From: the human T2T-CHM13v2.0 reference genome, Homo sapiens
DNA length: 64,000 nt
Direction: 5' to 3' (one strand)
Assembly (NCBI RefSeq): GCF_009914755.1
Contig: NC_060933.1
Position numbers and translations under genes: made by a program
In this document: in pieces, positions 31,355-45,404 of the stretch
Layout of the letters: every line of letters starts with the position of its first letter
Position numbering within the stretch: the first letter of the stretch is position 1
Notes under the pieces: model-generated
Seen by the model: only the letters and a program-made list of their open reading frames with translations
Told to the model about the DNA's origin: nothing
Databases searched by the model: none

Positions 31355-32546
31355 TTAAAGTGCCCCTCAGCGGTAAGGGCAGTGGGCTCCCCTCTGGCCC
31401 AGGGCAGGTCCAAGAGTCAAGTTCTGGAATCGCAGACCCCCAAAAGCCCGCATTTTGCTCTACCCCACTGTGGCCATGCTGGTACCTAAGGCACAAGACA
31501 AAGTCCCCTTTACTTTTCCCTCTGCTTCTCTGAAGCAGGAGTTTTGCCCCTTAGCCACCACAGCTGATAATATGCTGAGTCTCACCTGAAGCCAGCAAGT
31601 CTCAGAGGCTCAGCCAAGGTCCTTGATGTAGTACCTGAGTATTGTTGCTGGTTATTCAGGGCTCAAAGCCTCTTCAGTCAGCAGGTGATGAATGCTGCCG
31701 GGATCACCTCCTTTCCTTCAAGGAAGTGGAGTCCCTTCTGTTCCGGAGTGTGTCTAGAAATGTTGTTTGGGAGCTAGGGGCCGCACTCTGTCTGGTGCCC
31801 TATTCTGCTGTGGCTGAGCTGGTATTCAAGATGCAGGAGGCAGTCCTCCCCGCTCTTCCCCCTCTTCTCCTCAAATTGAAAGAAGGTGTGTCTTTTGGAG
31901 CCAGGAGCTCTGAATCCTGGGGTTAGAGGAGGGGTGATGCGAGCGTTCCACTGGCGCGGAAGGTAGCCCTTTTCCCAGTATGTCACGTGCCCCTCCAGTC
32001 CACTGTCTCTGGGCCTAGTTCAGCACTAGGACTTGCCTAAAAATTGCAGTCCTTAGGGACTACGCTGCCTTTCATGTTTTCTTAGGTACACAGAGTGCTG
32101 TAGCCCTTGGTGGTGAGGTTAGCATGCACTCAGGTTTAAGACCACTGAGATCAGTGATTCCCCTCTTGCAAGGGCTGGTTTAAATGCGCCCTCCATGGGC
32201 AGGTGTCAGTGATTTGGTCCGGTTTTCATTTCAGCTCTAACAGGACAGCACTGAGTTCAATCACTCACAATTGCTGTGTTCTCCCTCCTCCAGTGCCCGA
32301 CAATGCTCTCCGCACCAGGCTGCCACTGCCCGGGGATGGGAAAGGGGTGGCGTCGGCAATTAAGGACTGTTTTTTCTGTCTCCTTGGTGCCTCTTTCAAT
32401 GATACAAAGTTAAAACCAGGTGCTATAGTGCTCACCTGATTTTTAGTTCTTATGAAGGTGTTTTTTCTGCTTATATTAACTTTAACTTGGTGTCCTTGGG
32501 TGAGGAGGGGTTGGTGAAGCTTTCTATTCCACCATCTTGCTCCCCT
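31355..32546 (-). mobile_element. L1 5'UTR (L1M1/M2-like)
   Basis: GC-richer block ending 'ctattcccaccatcttgctcc', the antisense of an L1 5' start. Confidence 0.75.
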
Positions 32547-32790
32547 TTGCCGATTGTTCTCAGTTGAATAGTTTTTTGTATATTAGACAGCAGCCAGAAA
32601 GTATCAGGTCAAGATTTGAACTCAGAATCCGGAACTCGCTCTCTTAATCTTTAGATTGTATTGTCTTGCCACAAAATTGGCACAGCATCGTAATACATGC
32701 TTTATTTACTCCTTTTCTTGTAAGTAATACATTCTTGCAGTTTTTCCTTTATGTTTTTGTCCTTTCATTTAATAATAATTATTAAGTACA

Positions 32791-33246
32791 TGTTATGTTC
32801 GTTGGGCCATCCAGGAAGCACACACTAAGGCCAAGATGGCCAAGATAGAAAAGCAAGATGTTTATTGCAGTACAATGTAAAAAAAAAAAAAAAAAAAAAG
32901 GGGGTGGAGGAGGGGAGAAAGCAGGATTGGGAAAGCAGCATCTTTAGACAGTGATGCAGGTATGACAGCTACAAAAGGAAGGTGGGAGGAAACAGGATTG
33001 GTCAATGAAAGCCTCCGAGTACACGGTCAGATGTAATCAAGTGCAGGATAATCTAGAAGAGAGCTTTGTAGTTCCCACCATCATCAGTCACTGACTAGCT
33101 GCTTGGAGAACAAATTCGCATCAAAATCTGAGATGAACTATGAAGGCACGAACAGTTGAAGGCTATGAATTAATTTCACTGTTGATAACTGAACAGCAAA
33201 CTTTTTTTTTTGTAGATCTGAGCAGGACACTTCAATTGCTGCCACA
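32791..33246 (-). mobile_element. LTR16-like ERVL solo LTR
   Basis: 'ccaggaagca…tttattg…gatgcaggtatgaca…gatctgagc…gctgccaca'. Confidence 0.65.
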
Positions 33247-34527
33247 AATATTATGTACTGAAAAGAGTGCCAAATGCTAGGAATTCAATTGCAAGCAAAT
33301 GAAAACACCTCTTTAAGACAGACATTGATAAAACAACAGCAATAACAAATAAGTATACATGTGCAAACACAGTAAGCACAATAAAGGACATACCTATAGT
33401 ACTATGGCAACACTTAGGTTGAGAATTTGGCAAAATTAGATCTCAAGGTATTTTTTTGTCCTGAGGAAATAAAAGCTAATTAAAGGAAGAATTTTTTTCT
33501 GCCAGAATGAACAGAACCTGGACCATCTATGTCAATAGGGAGAAAGGTTGGTGTAAAACCTGAGAGAAGAATATTTTCACTAGAGCAAGAGAAGAGTACA
33601 GTAGAAAATAAAGGAGTTGGTAGGCCATATTTAGGATTTTTTCAGAACTTTAAAAAATAAAGCATATTATATCATAAGCATTTGTAGACAATTATCTATT
33701 TATTTTCAAGAAAAGCTACAGACTATTTAATTTTAAATATATCCCATAATCTAATTAACTCAACCATTACTGGACAATTAACTTGTATTTTTAAATTTAT
33801 AAACAATGCCTCATTTAATATCATTATATTTTTATTATATTATGTATTACACCTGTAAGATAAATATAGAATAGTAAATATAGAATAGTAAAATTACTCA
33901 TCAAAATATATGAAACTATGGTTTTAAGGCATATTTCACAAACAAAACCATAAATAAAATATTAACATAAAAGAAAAAATCTGTTTCTACAGGTTGCCTT
34001 GCAGTTTTCCCAGGAAATAATACTTTTTTTTTCCTTTTTCAAATATGTCCTCCTAGTCCTTGTCTATTTGAATAGCTACTGTCTTGCATTTTCAATATTG
34101 AGCTATAGAATCATTGACCACTAGTATGTTTACAAATCATAACTATTACCCATCTTGGAACATATTTCATAGACTTACCCACGTAAGAATATATAGTTTG
34201 ATTGGAAATCAATACCTGAAATTCAAAGCATGTTCCCTTTTGATTTAATTTGTGCTCATTTTTGAAAGTATTTCTAGCTCAGCCATCCTCAGCATGTATC
34301 TTTTGACTGGCAAAAAGATGGACTGCCTGTGCTGCAGGACCAGCTACTTGGAGGGATGACTGCCTATCTTTTTGAAGAGCCCCTTTTAAGTGGAGCACAT
34401 AGCCTATATCATATGATGGAGCATCCAAAAATAATAAATTTAGAAAATCAAGCTAGATATTTATGAGAGTTTCAGCAACAAAAATACAGACACTTATACT
34501 GTTGGAGATATACAATCTTTTATAAAT

Positions 34528-34640
34528 GTTTTTATTGTGTATATTTTAGTTGTACAATATGTTTTGAGATATATATATGTATATATATGTGGTGAAATGG
34601 TACAACAGTCAAGTAAATTAATACATTTGTCTCCCTTATA
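34528..34640 (-). mobile_element. L1MA 3' terminal fragment
   Basis: 'attgtgtatattt…gtacaatatgttttga…tgaaatgg…cagtcaag'. Confidence 0.55.
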
Positions 34641-35111
34641 CAATCTTATATTTTCTCTTGTCACTTGGCCTTATAAAATAATCATTTCCTTGGTATAATT
34701 AATTCCTCATTAATATTTTAATACATTGGCAATATCCTGATGAGTAGATATACCCTTAACTGGTCCTTTTACAGTATACTTACAATACTTATACTTAGCA
34801 ATATACTCCTCCTGTATAAAGACATTTTTCATTGAAATAGTACAAACACATATACAAATTGTTTTGTTTTTATAATATCAAAAATATGTTTTCTATTTTA
34901 AATATTTTCCCTCTTCTCACAAGTGACAAATACTTGGTCTTTTATATATTTGTTATTCAATATAATGATATTAATCACTGTATGAAAAGAACCTGCCAAT
35001 CATGTTTGATGAAAAATTATTGCAATGAAAAAGCATTGCACCACTCAATGTCTTATGTTTACTTAATTTATAATTTTGCGATGCATTTTATGTTATTTTT
35101 CTCACTTAGAA

Positions 35112-35712
35112 TTAAATAATTGTGAAATAGCCAAGATATGAGGTGAAACTTAAGTGTCTGTTAATAGAGGAATGAATTAAGAAATATGGTTTATATACAC
35201 AATGGAATACTATTTACCCTTAAAAAATAAGGAAATTCTGTCATTTGTGACAACATGGATGAGCTTGGAGGACATTATATTAAGTGAAATATCAGACATA
35301 AAAAGACAAACACAACATTATCTAATGTATGTATGGAACCCAAAATAGCCAAACTCATAGTAGCAGAGAGTAGAGAGGTGGTTACTAGGATCTGGGAAGG
35401 GAGATTGGGGAGATATGGTCAAAGGTTACTAAATTTCAGTTAGATAGGAGGAATAAGTTCAAGAGATTTATTATACAAATGGTAACTATAGTTAGTAACA
35501 ATGCATTATATACCCAAAAATTGTTAACAGAATATTTTTCAAGTGTTCTAAACACAAAACAGACAACTATATAAGGTAATGCAGTGTTAATTAGCTTAAT
35601 TTAGCTATCCTACAATGTATACACATTTTCAAAACATCATGCTGTACAACACCATAAATGTATGCAAGTTTTATTTGTCAATTTCAAATGCATAAACAAT
35701 TTTTAAATAAAA
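35112..35712 (+). mobile_element. L1MA-type 3' end
   Basis: 'aatagccaagatatg…caacatggatgagcttggaggacatta…ataggaggaataagttcaagag'. Confidence 0.85.
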
Positions 35713-36344
35713 TGCGAAAAGGACGTAACTAGTAATATTACTGAGTAAAATCAAACAGGGAGCTGGTGTTAAATTACTTAACTATCTCCTACAAGTAGAA
35801 TTATGAAATCAGTTTTCGGGGATTCAGTTAATTTACAAGTCTAGAATGGTGGATGCCTAAATGTATGTGGTTAAAGTTAAGTATGCATATCAAATTAAAA
35901 TTAAAATTTATAGCGTACATTGTGGAACATTTAGGGGCAATACAAATTTGTACTTTGAAATTCACTTCTATCGCCTGATTTTCAGCACTTGGCCATTCCT
36001 TTGCACCTTGATGTATTACATTACTCTGTTGAAATCTTTTCCCGAGGTCCTAACTTTCTCTCTCTCTCTCTCTCCCCTTCTCAATTTTTATGCGACATGG
36101 TCATTCAACAGAAAAATGTCCTATTTCATTTCAATGTTTTCCTATATCTTAAGGTAAAGTTCTGCTGTTCCAAGTAGTCTTCAGCATATTTGAAGAAGCA
36201 TCATTTTTTAACATATAAGTTTTAGAGCAATATGAAATTGAGATTAATATAATTGAAGAGATTTTTAAATGTAAATCTTGGCAGAAAGTTTCCAAATAAT
36301 ACAAATAGTCGATTTCAGCTACAAAAATTTGTCTTGAACAACAG

Positions 36345-36830
36345 ATCTTAACCTACATTTCCTAGATTAAGCAGGGGCCAAGACAAAAGCTTGTAATGCA
36401 GGGTTTGTTTGGGAAGTAATACCAGGGATGAGGAAGTGAACAGGGAAGGAGAGAAAATCAAATACAGGAATGTATTATCAAATTTGTCATTGCTATGGGT
36501 GACCAGTACTCCAACCTACGATATCTTCTGAGGAGTCTTGAAAAATGTATTTCAGAACTATTTCCCCAGGAATTCAGAGAGAAACAGTTATTACTTTTAT
36601 TATGTCCCCATTATTCAAAGGTAGCCCACTGAGCATTTGGCTCCTCCTACTTCTGGATGAATTCATGCATATGTATGAATTCCACATAGGTTTACAAAGT
36701 GAGTTTAATTCTGGATGTGCCTGTATTAAGGTACTTGTAGACAGCAAATAATTGATGGACACAAATGGACTTAAGAAGTAAAGTCAAAACAATTAAACAT
36801 GGTATACAAAGGTGCCTAATCCATCATATT
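36345..36830 (-). mobile_element. Old ERVL LTR (LTR33-like)
   Basis: 'tttgtttgggaagtaataccagg…agggaaggagagaaa…gtcattgctatgggtgaccag'. Confidence 0.45.
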
Positions 36831-36924
36831 ATACAACCAATTACACTTTAAAAAGTTAATTGATGGATTAAAAATAGGAAATTTTCTCACTGCTGTCCTA
36901 ACAACTCCAATCTCTTATGATGTT

Positions 36925-37082
36925 GTGTGGGGTAGGTAAAAAGAGAATGAGTTTACAGTCAGACAGATTGGATTCTTCCAGTTACTAGATGGGTTATAGT
37001 GAGAGAGTTATTGATTTCTACTAACATCACCTTTTTCTTTTCTAAAATAAAGACTAACAGAAGTTCATGAGGTAATACATGC
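36925..37082 (+). mobile_element. MIR, interrupted by THE1 and resuming at 37441-37505
   Basis: 'agtcagacaga…ttactagatggg…ctaaaataaaga…atgaggtaatacatg'. Confidence 0.5.
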
Positions 37083-37440
37083 TGTATTAGTCCATTTTTA
37101 TACTGCTATGAAGAAATATCCAAGATGGGGTAATTTATAAAGAAAAAGAGGTTTAGTGGACTCACAATTCCACATGGCTGGGGAGGCTTCACAATCATGG
37201 TGGAAGGCAGAGGAAGACGAATGGCAAGTCTTACGTGGTGGCAAGCAAGAGAGTGTGTGCAGGGGAACTGCCCTTTATAAAACCACCAGATCTCATGAGA
37301 CTTATTCACTATCACGACAACAACAGGGGAAAAAACCCACCCCCATGATTCAATCACCTCCCACTGGGGCCCTCCTACAACACGTGGGGATTATGGGAGC
37401 TACAATTCAAGATGTGATTTGGGACAGCCAAACAATATCA
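37083..37440 (-). mobile_element. THE1 (C/D-like) MaLR solo LTR
   Basis: 'tgtattagtccatt…cacatggctggggaggc…gggacagccaaacaatatca'. Confidence 0.93.
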
Positions 37441-39266
37441 TATATTGCTTAACAATATGCTAACTCCTTAATACCATGTAAATACTCCAAAAATGTTTAC
37501 TTCATTCACACTACCTTTTTTAATTTCGTAGCCAGTAATACTGAGATATTGTATTCCATAGTCCTTCTTGGTTTACAAAAATTAAACACATTATTTCATT
37601 TGACAACCATAACAATCCCTTGACAATGTCTGCTTCCAGAACAGACATTGAGTTTTATAAATGAAGACACAATGTAGCTAATGATTGAACAATTTGTAAC
37701 TCATATTCACAGTTTCTCTTCAATAAAGTGTTCTTTCTACTACTTGATACTGCCTCCTAAGAATATATATCTTAGTTAATTTCAAATTGTCTTTAAATTT
37801 ACATTTTAAAAGTCTCTGGAATTGTTAGTGTACATACTGGTACGAGTCCCTGACCTTATTCTCAGAGTGGTAAAGAGTTAAAAATGATCTCAGCGACTAT
37901 AGTACTATTTTGCTCCTCTACTAAGAATTGTGCTGAAATTTAGATATAAATGTAATAGCCAATTGCCATAATGTTTACATTCTGCAAGGGAACAAACTCT
38001 TGCCACACCCTTCTCTGGAAATTTTTGTTAAGAGTTCTAAAAGATCCACCAAGTATATAGTGTCTGGCTATTTATGAATGTCATAAATGCAATTCTGTCT
38101 AAGATCAATGATACAACCCATCTTCTATCTTCACATCTCATAGAAAGAATACGGTATTTCATAAAGATTTTGGTAATTAGTTTTTAAAATACCACATTTT
38201 CTTCAAAGATGAGGAATGAAAAAAGATCATCCCTCTACTCCATTTGTAACATATTATGAGGTGGATTTTTGCTTTTCTTTGTTCTCTTTCCTTTTTCATC
38301 TGAGCAAATAGACCTTACTTTGAGACTTTCATCAAAGAAGATTCTCTTCATTCTCCCTCACCAGTTATAAAATTGCCTTGTCTTCTGCTTCCCTAAAGAG
38401 TCGTATTTTCTAATATTGTTGTCAAAGCAGTCCCAGTTGAGATAAGGAAGGCTCTCCTGTCCCTCCCTTTGAAAATTTTGCTGTGAAATTTTCTTCCCAG
38501 TTCTCTATTAATAGGTTCAGCAGGATTCCACCCAGCTGTCAACTGCACATTTTGCCTATCCTAAAGTATATGTGGATACGAAAACATAATTTTTATATTT
38601 TTCTTTTGTTTATATTTTTTAAAATAATTATGGCACTATTTTTATTAATATATTGGTATATAATATTACCTGCATTTGAAATGGCTATATATTGCTTTGA
38701 AAAGCTTAAATTCTTAAACATTAATCAATTCCTGAAGATGGTTTTAATTTTAGGACCCGGTAATTTCAACAATTAAAAGCTAAGTAAAACAAACATCTGT
38801 CCTCCTACATATAACTTGTTTAAAAACAGAGTGCAAATCATCATACAAAACTGTCACGATTATCCAAGCACTGAGATATTTATTTTTAAACTAATTATTC
38901 TCTCAGTTAATTTCTAGAAACATTGGACCATGACATGCCTTACATGACAGTATTTCTGGTGTCAAAAAGCATTTATTTATAAACTTATAAATAACATTGT
39001 GCCTAAAGCAGTAATTTGGAAAACTTATTCCAAGGTAATCCTTATGACTCTTAAAAACAATTATTGAAATTTCTTTTGTAAAAACTAGATTTCTATGTGT
39101 TTTGATATTAATGATTTATTTTATAAAATTGCTATTACTCCAGGTACACTAAATTGAACTTTTCAGTTTGGGTGTGAAAAGAATGGTGACAGCGCTATAT
39201 TCTTCTTATTTAGAATCATAACTTGTTTCTTTTCCCGTCCCTTCTGTTGCTTTTCTCCTTCTACTG

Positions 39267-41142
39267 TTTTTTTTTTATTACTATAGTTTAAATTCTGGGT
39301 ACATGTGCAGAATGTGCGCTTTTGTTACATAGTTACACATGTGACGTAATGGTTTGCTATATCCATCAACCTGTCACCTACTATCCCTACCCTAGCCCCC
39401 CCATCCCCTGACAGGCCCCACTTTGTGATGTTCCCCTCCCTGTGCACTTGTGTTCTCATTGTTCAACTGTCACTTATGAGTGAGAACATGTAGTATTTGG
39501 TTTTCCGTTCTTGTGTTAGTTTGCTGAGAATGATGGTTTCCAGTTTCATCCATGTCCCTGCAAAGGACATGAACTCATCCTTTTTATGGCTGCATAGTAT
39601 TCCATGGTGTATATGGGCCACATTTTGTTAATCCAGTCTATCACTGATGGACATTTGAGTTGGTTCCAAATCTTTGCTATTGTGAATAGTGCCACAATAA
39701 ACATACGTGTGCATGTGTCTTTATAGCAGCATGATTTATAATCCTTTGGGTATATACCCAGTAATGGGATCGCTGGGACAAATGATATTTCTGATTCTAG
39801 ATCCTTGATCGAGAATCACACTGTCTTCGACAATGGTTGAACTAATTTACACTCCCACCAACAGTGTAAAAGCATTCCTATTTCTCCACCTCCTCTCCAG
39901 CATTTTTTTTTTAATGCTGCCATTAAATGAAGCATTGACTTTTTAAGGATCACCATTCTAACTGGCATGAGATGGTATCTCCCTGTGGTTTTGATTTGCA
40001 TTTGTTTAATGACAACTGATGATGAGATTTTATTCATATGTTTGTTATCTGCATAAATGTCTTCTTTTGAGAAGTGTCTGTTCATATCCTTCGCCCACTT
40101 TTTGATGGGGTTATTTTCTTCTTGTAAATTTGTTTAAGTTCTTTGTAGATTCTGGATATTAGCCCTTTGTCAGATGGATAGATTGCAAAAATTTTCTCCC
40201 ATTCTGTAGGTTGCCTGTTCACTCTGATATAGTTTCTTTTGCTGTGCAGATACTCCTTAGTTTAATTAGATCTCATTTGTCAATTTTGTCATTTGTTGTC
40301 ATTGCTTTTGGTGTTTTAGTCATGAATTCTTTGCCCATGCCTATGTCCTGAATGGTATTGCCTAGATTTTCTTCTAGAGTTTTTATGGTGCTAAGTCTTA
40401 CATTTAAGTCTTTAATCCATCTTGAGTTAATTTTTGTAGAAAGTGTAAGGAAGTGGTCCAGTTTCTGTTTTCTGCATGTGGCTAGTCAGTTTTCCCAACA
40501 CCATTTATTAAATAGGGTATCCTTTCCCCATTGCTTCTTTGTTTCAGATTTGTCTAAGGTCAGATGCTTGTAGATGTGTGGTGTTATTTCTGAGGCCTCT
40601 GTTCTGTTCATTTGGTCTATATATCTGTTTTGATACCAGTACCATGCTGTTTTGGTTACTCTAGCCTTGTAGTATAGTTTGAAGTCAGGTAGCTTGATGC
40701 TTCCAGCTTTGTTCTTTTTGCTCAGGATTGTCTTGGCTATGCGGGCTCTTTTCTGGTTCCCTATGAAGTTTAAAGTAGTTTTTTTCCGATTCTGTGAAGA
40801 AAGTCAATGGTAGCTTGGTGGGGACAGCATTGAACCTATAAATTACTATCGGCGGTATGGCCATTTTCACGATGTTGATTCTTCCTCTCCATAAGCATGG
40901 GATGTTTTCCCATTTGTTTGTGTCCTCTCTTCTTTCCTTGAGCAGTAGTTTGTAGTTCTCCTTGAAGAGGTCCTTCACATCCCTTGTAAGTTGTATTCCT
41001 GGGTATTTTATTCTCTCTGTAGGAATTGTGAATGGGAGTTCACTCATGATTTGGCTCTCTGTCTGTTATTGGCATATAGGAATGCTTGTGATTTCTTCAC
41101 ATTGATTTTTTTATCCTGAGACTTTGCTTAAGTTGCTTATCA
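39267..41142 (-). mobile_element. 5'-truncated L1PA (L1PA7-10-like)
   Basis: T tail, antisense 3'UTR and ORF2 fragments (ORFs 39816-40085 and 40685-41047). Confidence 0.95.
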
Positions 41143-42127
41143 AGTCATTATTTTGTGGTAAAATCCTCCCCATATAGATATAGGTGAAAACTCTGTAGTG
41201 TCCATTATCGTGTCTATTTTACTCTGGATGATTTTGTTTTATTATTTTCTGTTTTACAGGTTTTCTGTTTATCAGAATGGTTGGATTGATCCAGGATTAA
41301 TATATTGTATTTTGGTGAGATTAAAAAAACATGAAGAAAGATTCTTGAGCATACTGCTGCAATAATAATATAAATGACGGATTCTATGATAATTAACACA
41401 TGTAGAAGAGTCTAAAGACAGAAGGAACTTGGAAGTTCAGGAGAAAATTCTGTGGTTAAAAAGTCTGAAGGAAGATTTAATGAGGCTGGAGAATAGTTTT
41501 TGTTGTAATGAAGGAGAAAGTTGAAAAATGGGAAGCTGTAAAAAGATGATAAGATTGTTTTAATTATAACTTTTATACCTAGAGTACTTCTGGAGGACAA
41601 AAAAGTCCTCGTTGCTTGGAGCAGAAATGGTTGAGATGCAATAAGAGTGATTATTTATTGGAAGTGTATAAACCTTGAGTCTACTTGATTGCTGGATAGA
41701 CCATGCATATGATTATAGACGTCACCCAAAAAAGAACTACAGAAGTGGAGAGGGAAATCAAAAGAAGGTGTTGTCATTGTCGGGGATGGGCTGAGGAGAG
41801 TGGCCAGGAGTTCATAGAGTGGAAATGAAGCGTGTGGATTATTTAGCTTTTTTGTGTGCTACTGATATGAATGGGGAAATGTTAGGTAAGATTGTACTGG
41901 TTTAGAATGCAATTGGAAAATTCTGAGAATTTTACAGTCCCCTAGATTTTCCTCCCTATATCTACAGGAGATGAGATGCCCTGTTATATTGGAACTGACT
42001 TAAGAGGAATCAGTGCTCTAAGCAGGGTGTTCTGTCTCAACTGAACTCATGGCTGGAGTTACCCCAAAAGCAGGAACAGGAGAATTTCTAAACAGAAGTG
42101 CCACAAAATGTCTTGAGAAGGGGCTGG

Positions 42128-42526
42128 TTGAGATTCTGAAAAAAGAACCACTAAATGCCAGGGTTTTAAGTCCAAAGCATTTAGTAGGGGAGCGTTGGTA
42201 CAGGGACAGCTGCAGTATATCCTTGTTGTGAACAGGGAGACAAGGGTTGTTCTACATAGGAATATCCCAGTTGAGTGGGTCGAGTTATGAAGTTTATATG
42301 AGGATTTAAGAAATGTCGCTCAAGGCCAGGGCTAATGTCTTTCAGGGCTAGTGTTTTGGACCATAACTAAAATACCTTCATCGGTACCTGAAAGTGTTCA
42401 TGTATCCATCTTGTGTTCAAGCCTTTAAGGAAAAACATGTAGCTGACTAGGTCACAAAGTGGTCAAGCCACTCTGCATTTCTAGGTCAGTAAAGTGCAAG
42501 ATTAGGGGGAACTAGAGGAACCTGCA
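42128..42526 (-). mobile_element. ERVL solo LTR (LTR47-like)
   Basis: Antisense 'cttgaccactttgtgacctagtcagctacatgtttttcc…gcttgaac…cttaaatcctcatataaact'. Confidence 0.55.
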
Positions 42527-43120
42527 TAGGGGGAGCCAAGATTCAACTACATAACAATCAAGGGTGTTCCGTTGAAGTTTTGAAGACATAGTACAACATA
42601 GGGTACTGTGGAAAGGTTTGTAAAGGAAAAGCACATTTTTTTTTTCTGAGAATAAATAGAGCAGTAATAGGATGTAAAATTGGGAGAGCAGAGATGAAGA
42701 CAAAAACATTTATTTTACAATTATAGAAGATATCTAGGCACTCTGTGACTATGAGATTATCTGATTTCCAATATTATACATCTGAAGAGTAATGTTTTAA
42801 ATGAGATTCTATCCTGATTGTTTAAGACAGAATATTTGTTTCTGTGGTTGACATTCTTTTTTTCTTGGAAAATACAGCATTCATCCTACTCTATAAAATA
42901 ATGCAATCTCTTTTGATGGAAGACCTTCATTATAAGATAACAGGCCTTCATAGCAAAATCTATCAAAGGTATGTACAAAAAATGATAACAAAAACAATAC
43001 CATCAACAATTGCAGGTGATAGTCATCAGATACCAATGATATTACAAATACTATGATACACATTTAAAACACTGTGTAATTCTTGGAGATACTATGCATG
43101 TTAAGAAATTTTTCCACACT

Positions 43121-43639
43121 TTTTTTTTTATTATACTTTAAGTTTTAGGGTACATGTGCACAATGTGCAGGTTTGTTACATATGTATACATGTGCCATGT
43201 TGGTGTGCTGCACCCAGTAACTCATCATTTAACATTAGGTATATCTCCCAATGCTATCCCTCCCCCCTCCTCCCCCACCCCACAACAGTCCCCAGTGTGT
43301 GATGTTCCCCTTCCTGTGTCCATGTGTTCTCATTGTTCAATTCCCACCTATGAGTGAGAACATGCGGTGTTTGGTTTTCTGTCCTTGCGATAGTTTGCTG
43401 AGAATGATGGTTTCCAGCTTCATCCATGTCCCTACAAAGGACATGAACTCATCATTTTTTATGGCTGCATAGTATTCCATGGTGTATATGTGCCACATTT
43501 TCTTAATCCAGTCTATCGTTGTTGGACATTTGGGTTGGTTCCAAGTCTTTGCTATTGTGAATCGTGCTGCAAGGCAGGCCAACATTCAAATTCAGGAAAT
43601 ACAGAGAACACCACAAAGATACTCCTCGAGAAAAGCATA
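43121..43639 (-). mobile_element. L1PA (L1PA3/4-like) 3' end with an inverted ORF1-derived 5' piece
   Basis: Antisense 3' end to 43572; sense ORF1 piece 43569-43639 (ARQANIQIQEIQRTPQRYSSR); TSD tccacacttttt at 43113-43124 and 43640-43651. Confidence 0.93.
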
Positions 43640-43856
43640 TCCACACTTTTTAATTGAGAAAACTGAGACCAAGATCCTTTCTATGACATACCAAAGCCCC
43701 ATAACCTATAAAACCATCATTTTACTCTACCATCTTCTCAACTTTCCTCAAGTTTCATTGCTTGGGCCTTTTTTTTTTTTTTTCTTTTTAACAGATGTCT
43801 CATATGTTTCTTTCTGGTGTGTGGATTTAGTGGTTCACCTTTCAGGACCTATCTCA

Positions 43857-44120
43857 ATATCTTCTTTCTGGGCTACTCTTAAAAAAATAGCATAGACTGG
43901 TTGGTTTATAAACAACAGAAATTTATTTCTCACAGTTCTGTAGGCTGGAAAGTCCTAGATCAAGGTGCCAGGAGATCTGGTGTCCGGTGAAACCCACTCT
44001 CTTGCACAAAAAAAATCACATTGCAGAAGAGGAGAGGGGAATTTCTTTGGCCTCTTTCATAAGGGGCACTAATCCTATTCACAAGGGCTCTACCCCAATG
44101 ACCTAATCACCTCCCGAAGA
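43857..44120 (-). mobile_element. MLT1A-like MaLR LTR (partial)
   Basis: 'aacaacagaaatttatttctcacagttctg…gatcaaggtgcca…atgacctaatcacctccc'. Confidence 0.8.
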
Positions 44121-45404
44121 TGGAGGGGAAAACACCTATGTCTTATTAGAAGATCCAAACTTTCTTTTATTTGGTTGCACTAAGAACAAGTGATATTATT
44201 CCTTTGCCTGTACCTGAAATTGGATATGGAGATTTTACTTTCTTGTTTTTTTTTCTTACGTGGAGATTATCTATGCTTACAAGACTGGCAATCTTTCATA
44301 AATTGAAAAAAATGTCATTTCTGATTTCATTCACATAATACTGTGTGTATATTAGTGTCAATTTTTTTTATTACTTTAATCAATAGCTTTGATTCCCATT
44401 TTGAAAACAGCAGTAGTTTAGGCAAATTGACAAGTATTTAATACATTTAATAACTCTTCAAATGTTGGTTGTGGTTGATCAATATAATTATCTACTTTAA
44501 ACATATTTGTATACCAACTCAAATGGAATACCATAACAAAAGCAAAAGGCCCACAGATCAGATTATAAAGGAGTGAAGAGGAAGAATTCTGATAAACAAA
44601 ATGACATTGTAAATGGAGCATCCATATTCATTATTTCTAGGAGAAACTAAGCCTTTGAATGACAAAATGGTAAGTACAAATTTTCTAGGACAAAATGTCA
44701 TAAAAAAGCCACTTGGTATTGTCAGAAGCAGTTATTATTATTGATGACCTGCCATCTGTCAGCAATATCAATGTATTTGATTAAATTTACATTGGTATAA
44801 TGAATTGTTGCCCTTAAACCTTGGCTTTTCTACCATAAGTTACAAGGTAGCAATAACGACATGGCAAAATAAAAGTAAAATTACAGCTACACATATAAAA
44901 TATAGAATCAACAGACTGTCAGAAACATATTAAGTGACCTTAAAAACTTCAGATGAGGTAAAATAGTTCATTGTATTATCAACAATATAAGGTAAGAAAT
45001 ATATTCTCAAATGCCTAAAGCATCATAATACATTTTCTTCTAAAGTAAGGCCTGGGGATACCAACTCAGGTGCAGTTTTACTGAAATTTTCACAGGGAAT
45101 ACTGTAAATTGAGATAGACTCAAGCCAATGAAAACAAAATGGCTAAAACCTTTCATGGATCAAGAAAGTGACTGAAAGGCCATTTCATGATAGAAATATA
45201 TAAAAATAATCATGTTGTCACATTTCTTTCAAAGAGGAAAATGGTCTGCTTAAGAAAAACTTGCAACCATGTGCATGATTTTATTTTAACCCTTTAAATC
45301 ACTTAAAATCTGAAACTTAAATAGCAATAGATGTCCACTTAGCAAGTTAGCATGGACCTATGCTAGAAAACAGTTTCTGTTTTTTCTTAAAAATGAGAGG
45401 ATGT

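Noticed and set aside
31355-32546. GC-richer block as a CpG-island promoter
   Set aside because: It is CpG-depleted and explained by an old L1 5'UTR.
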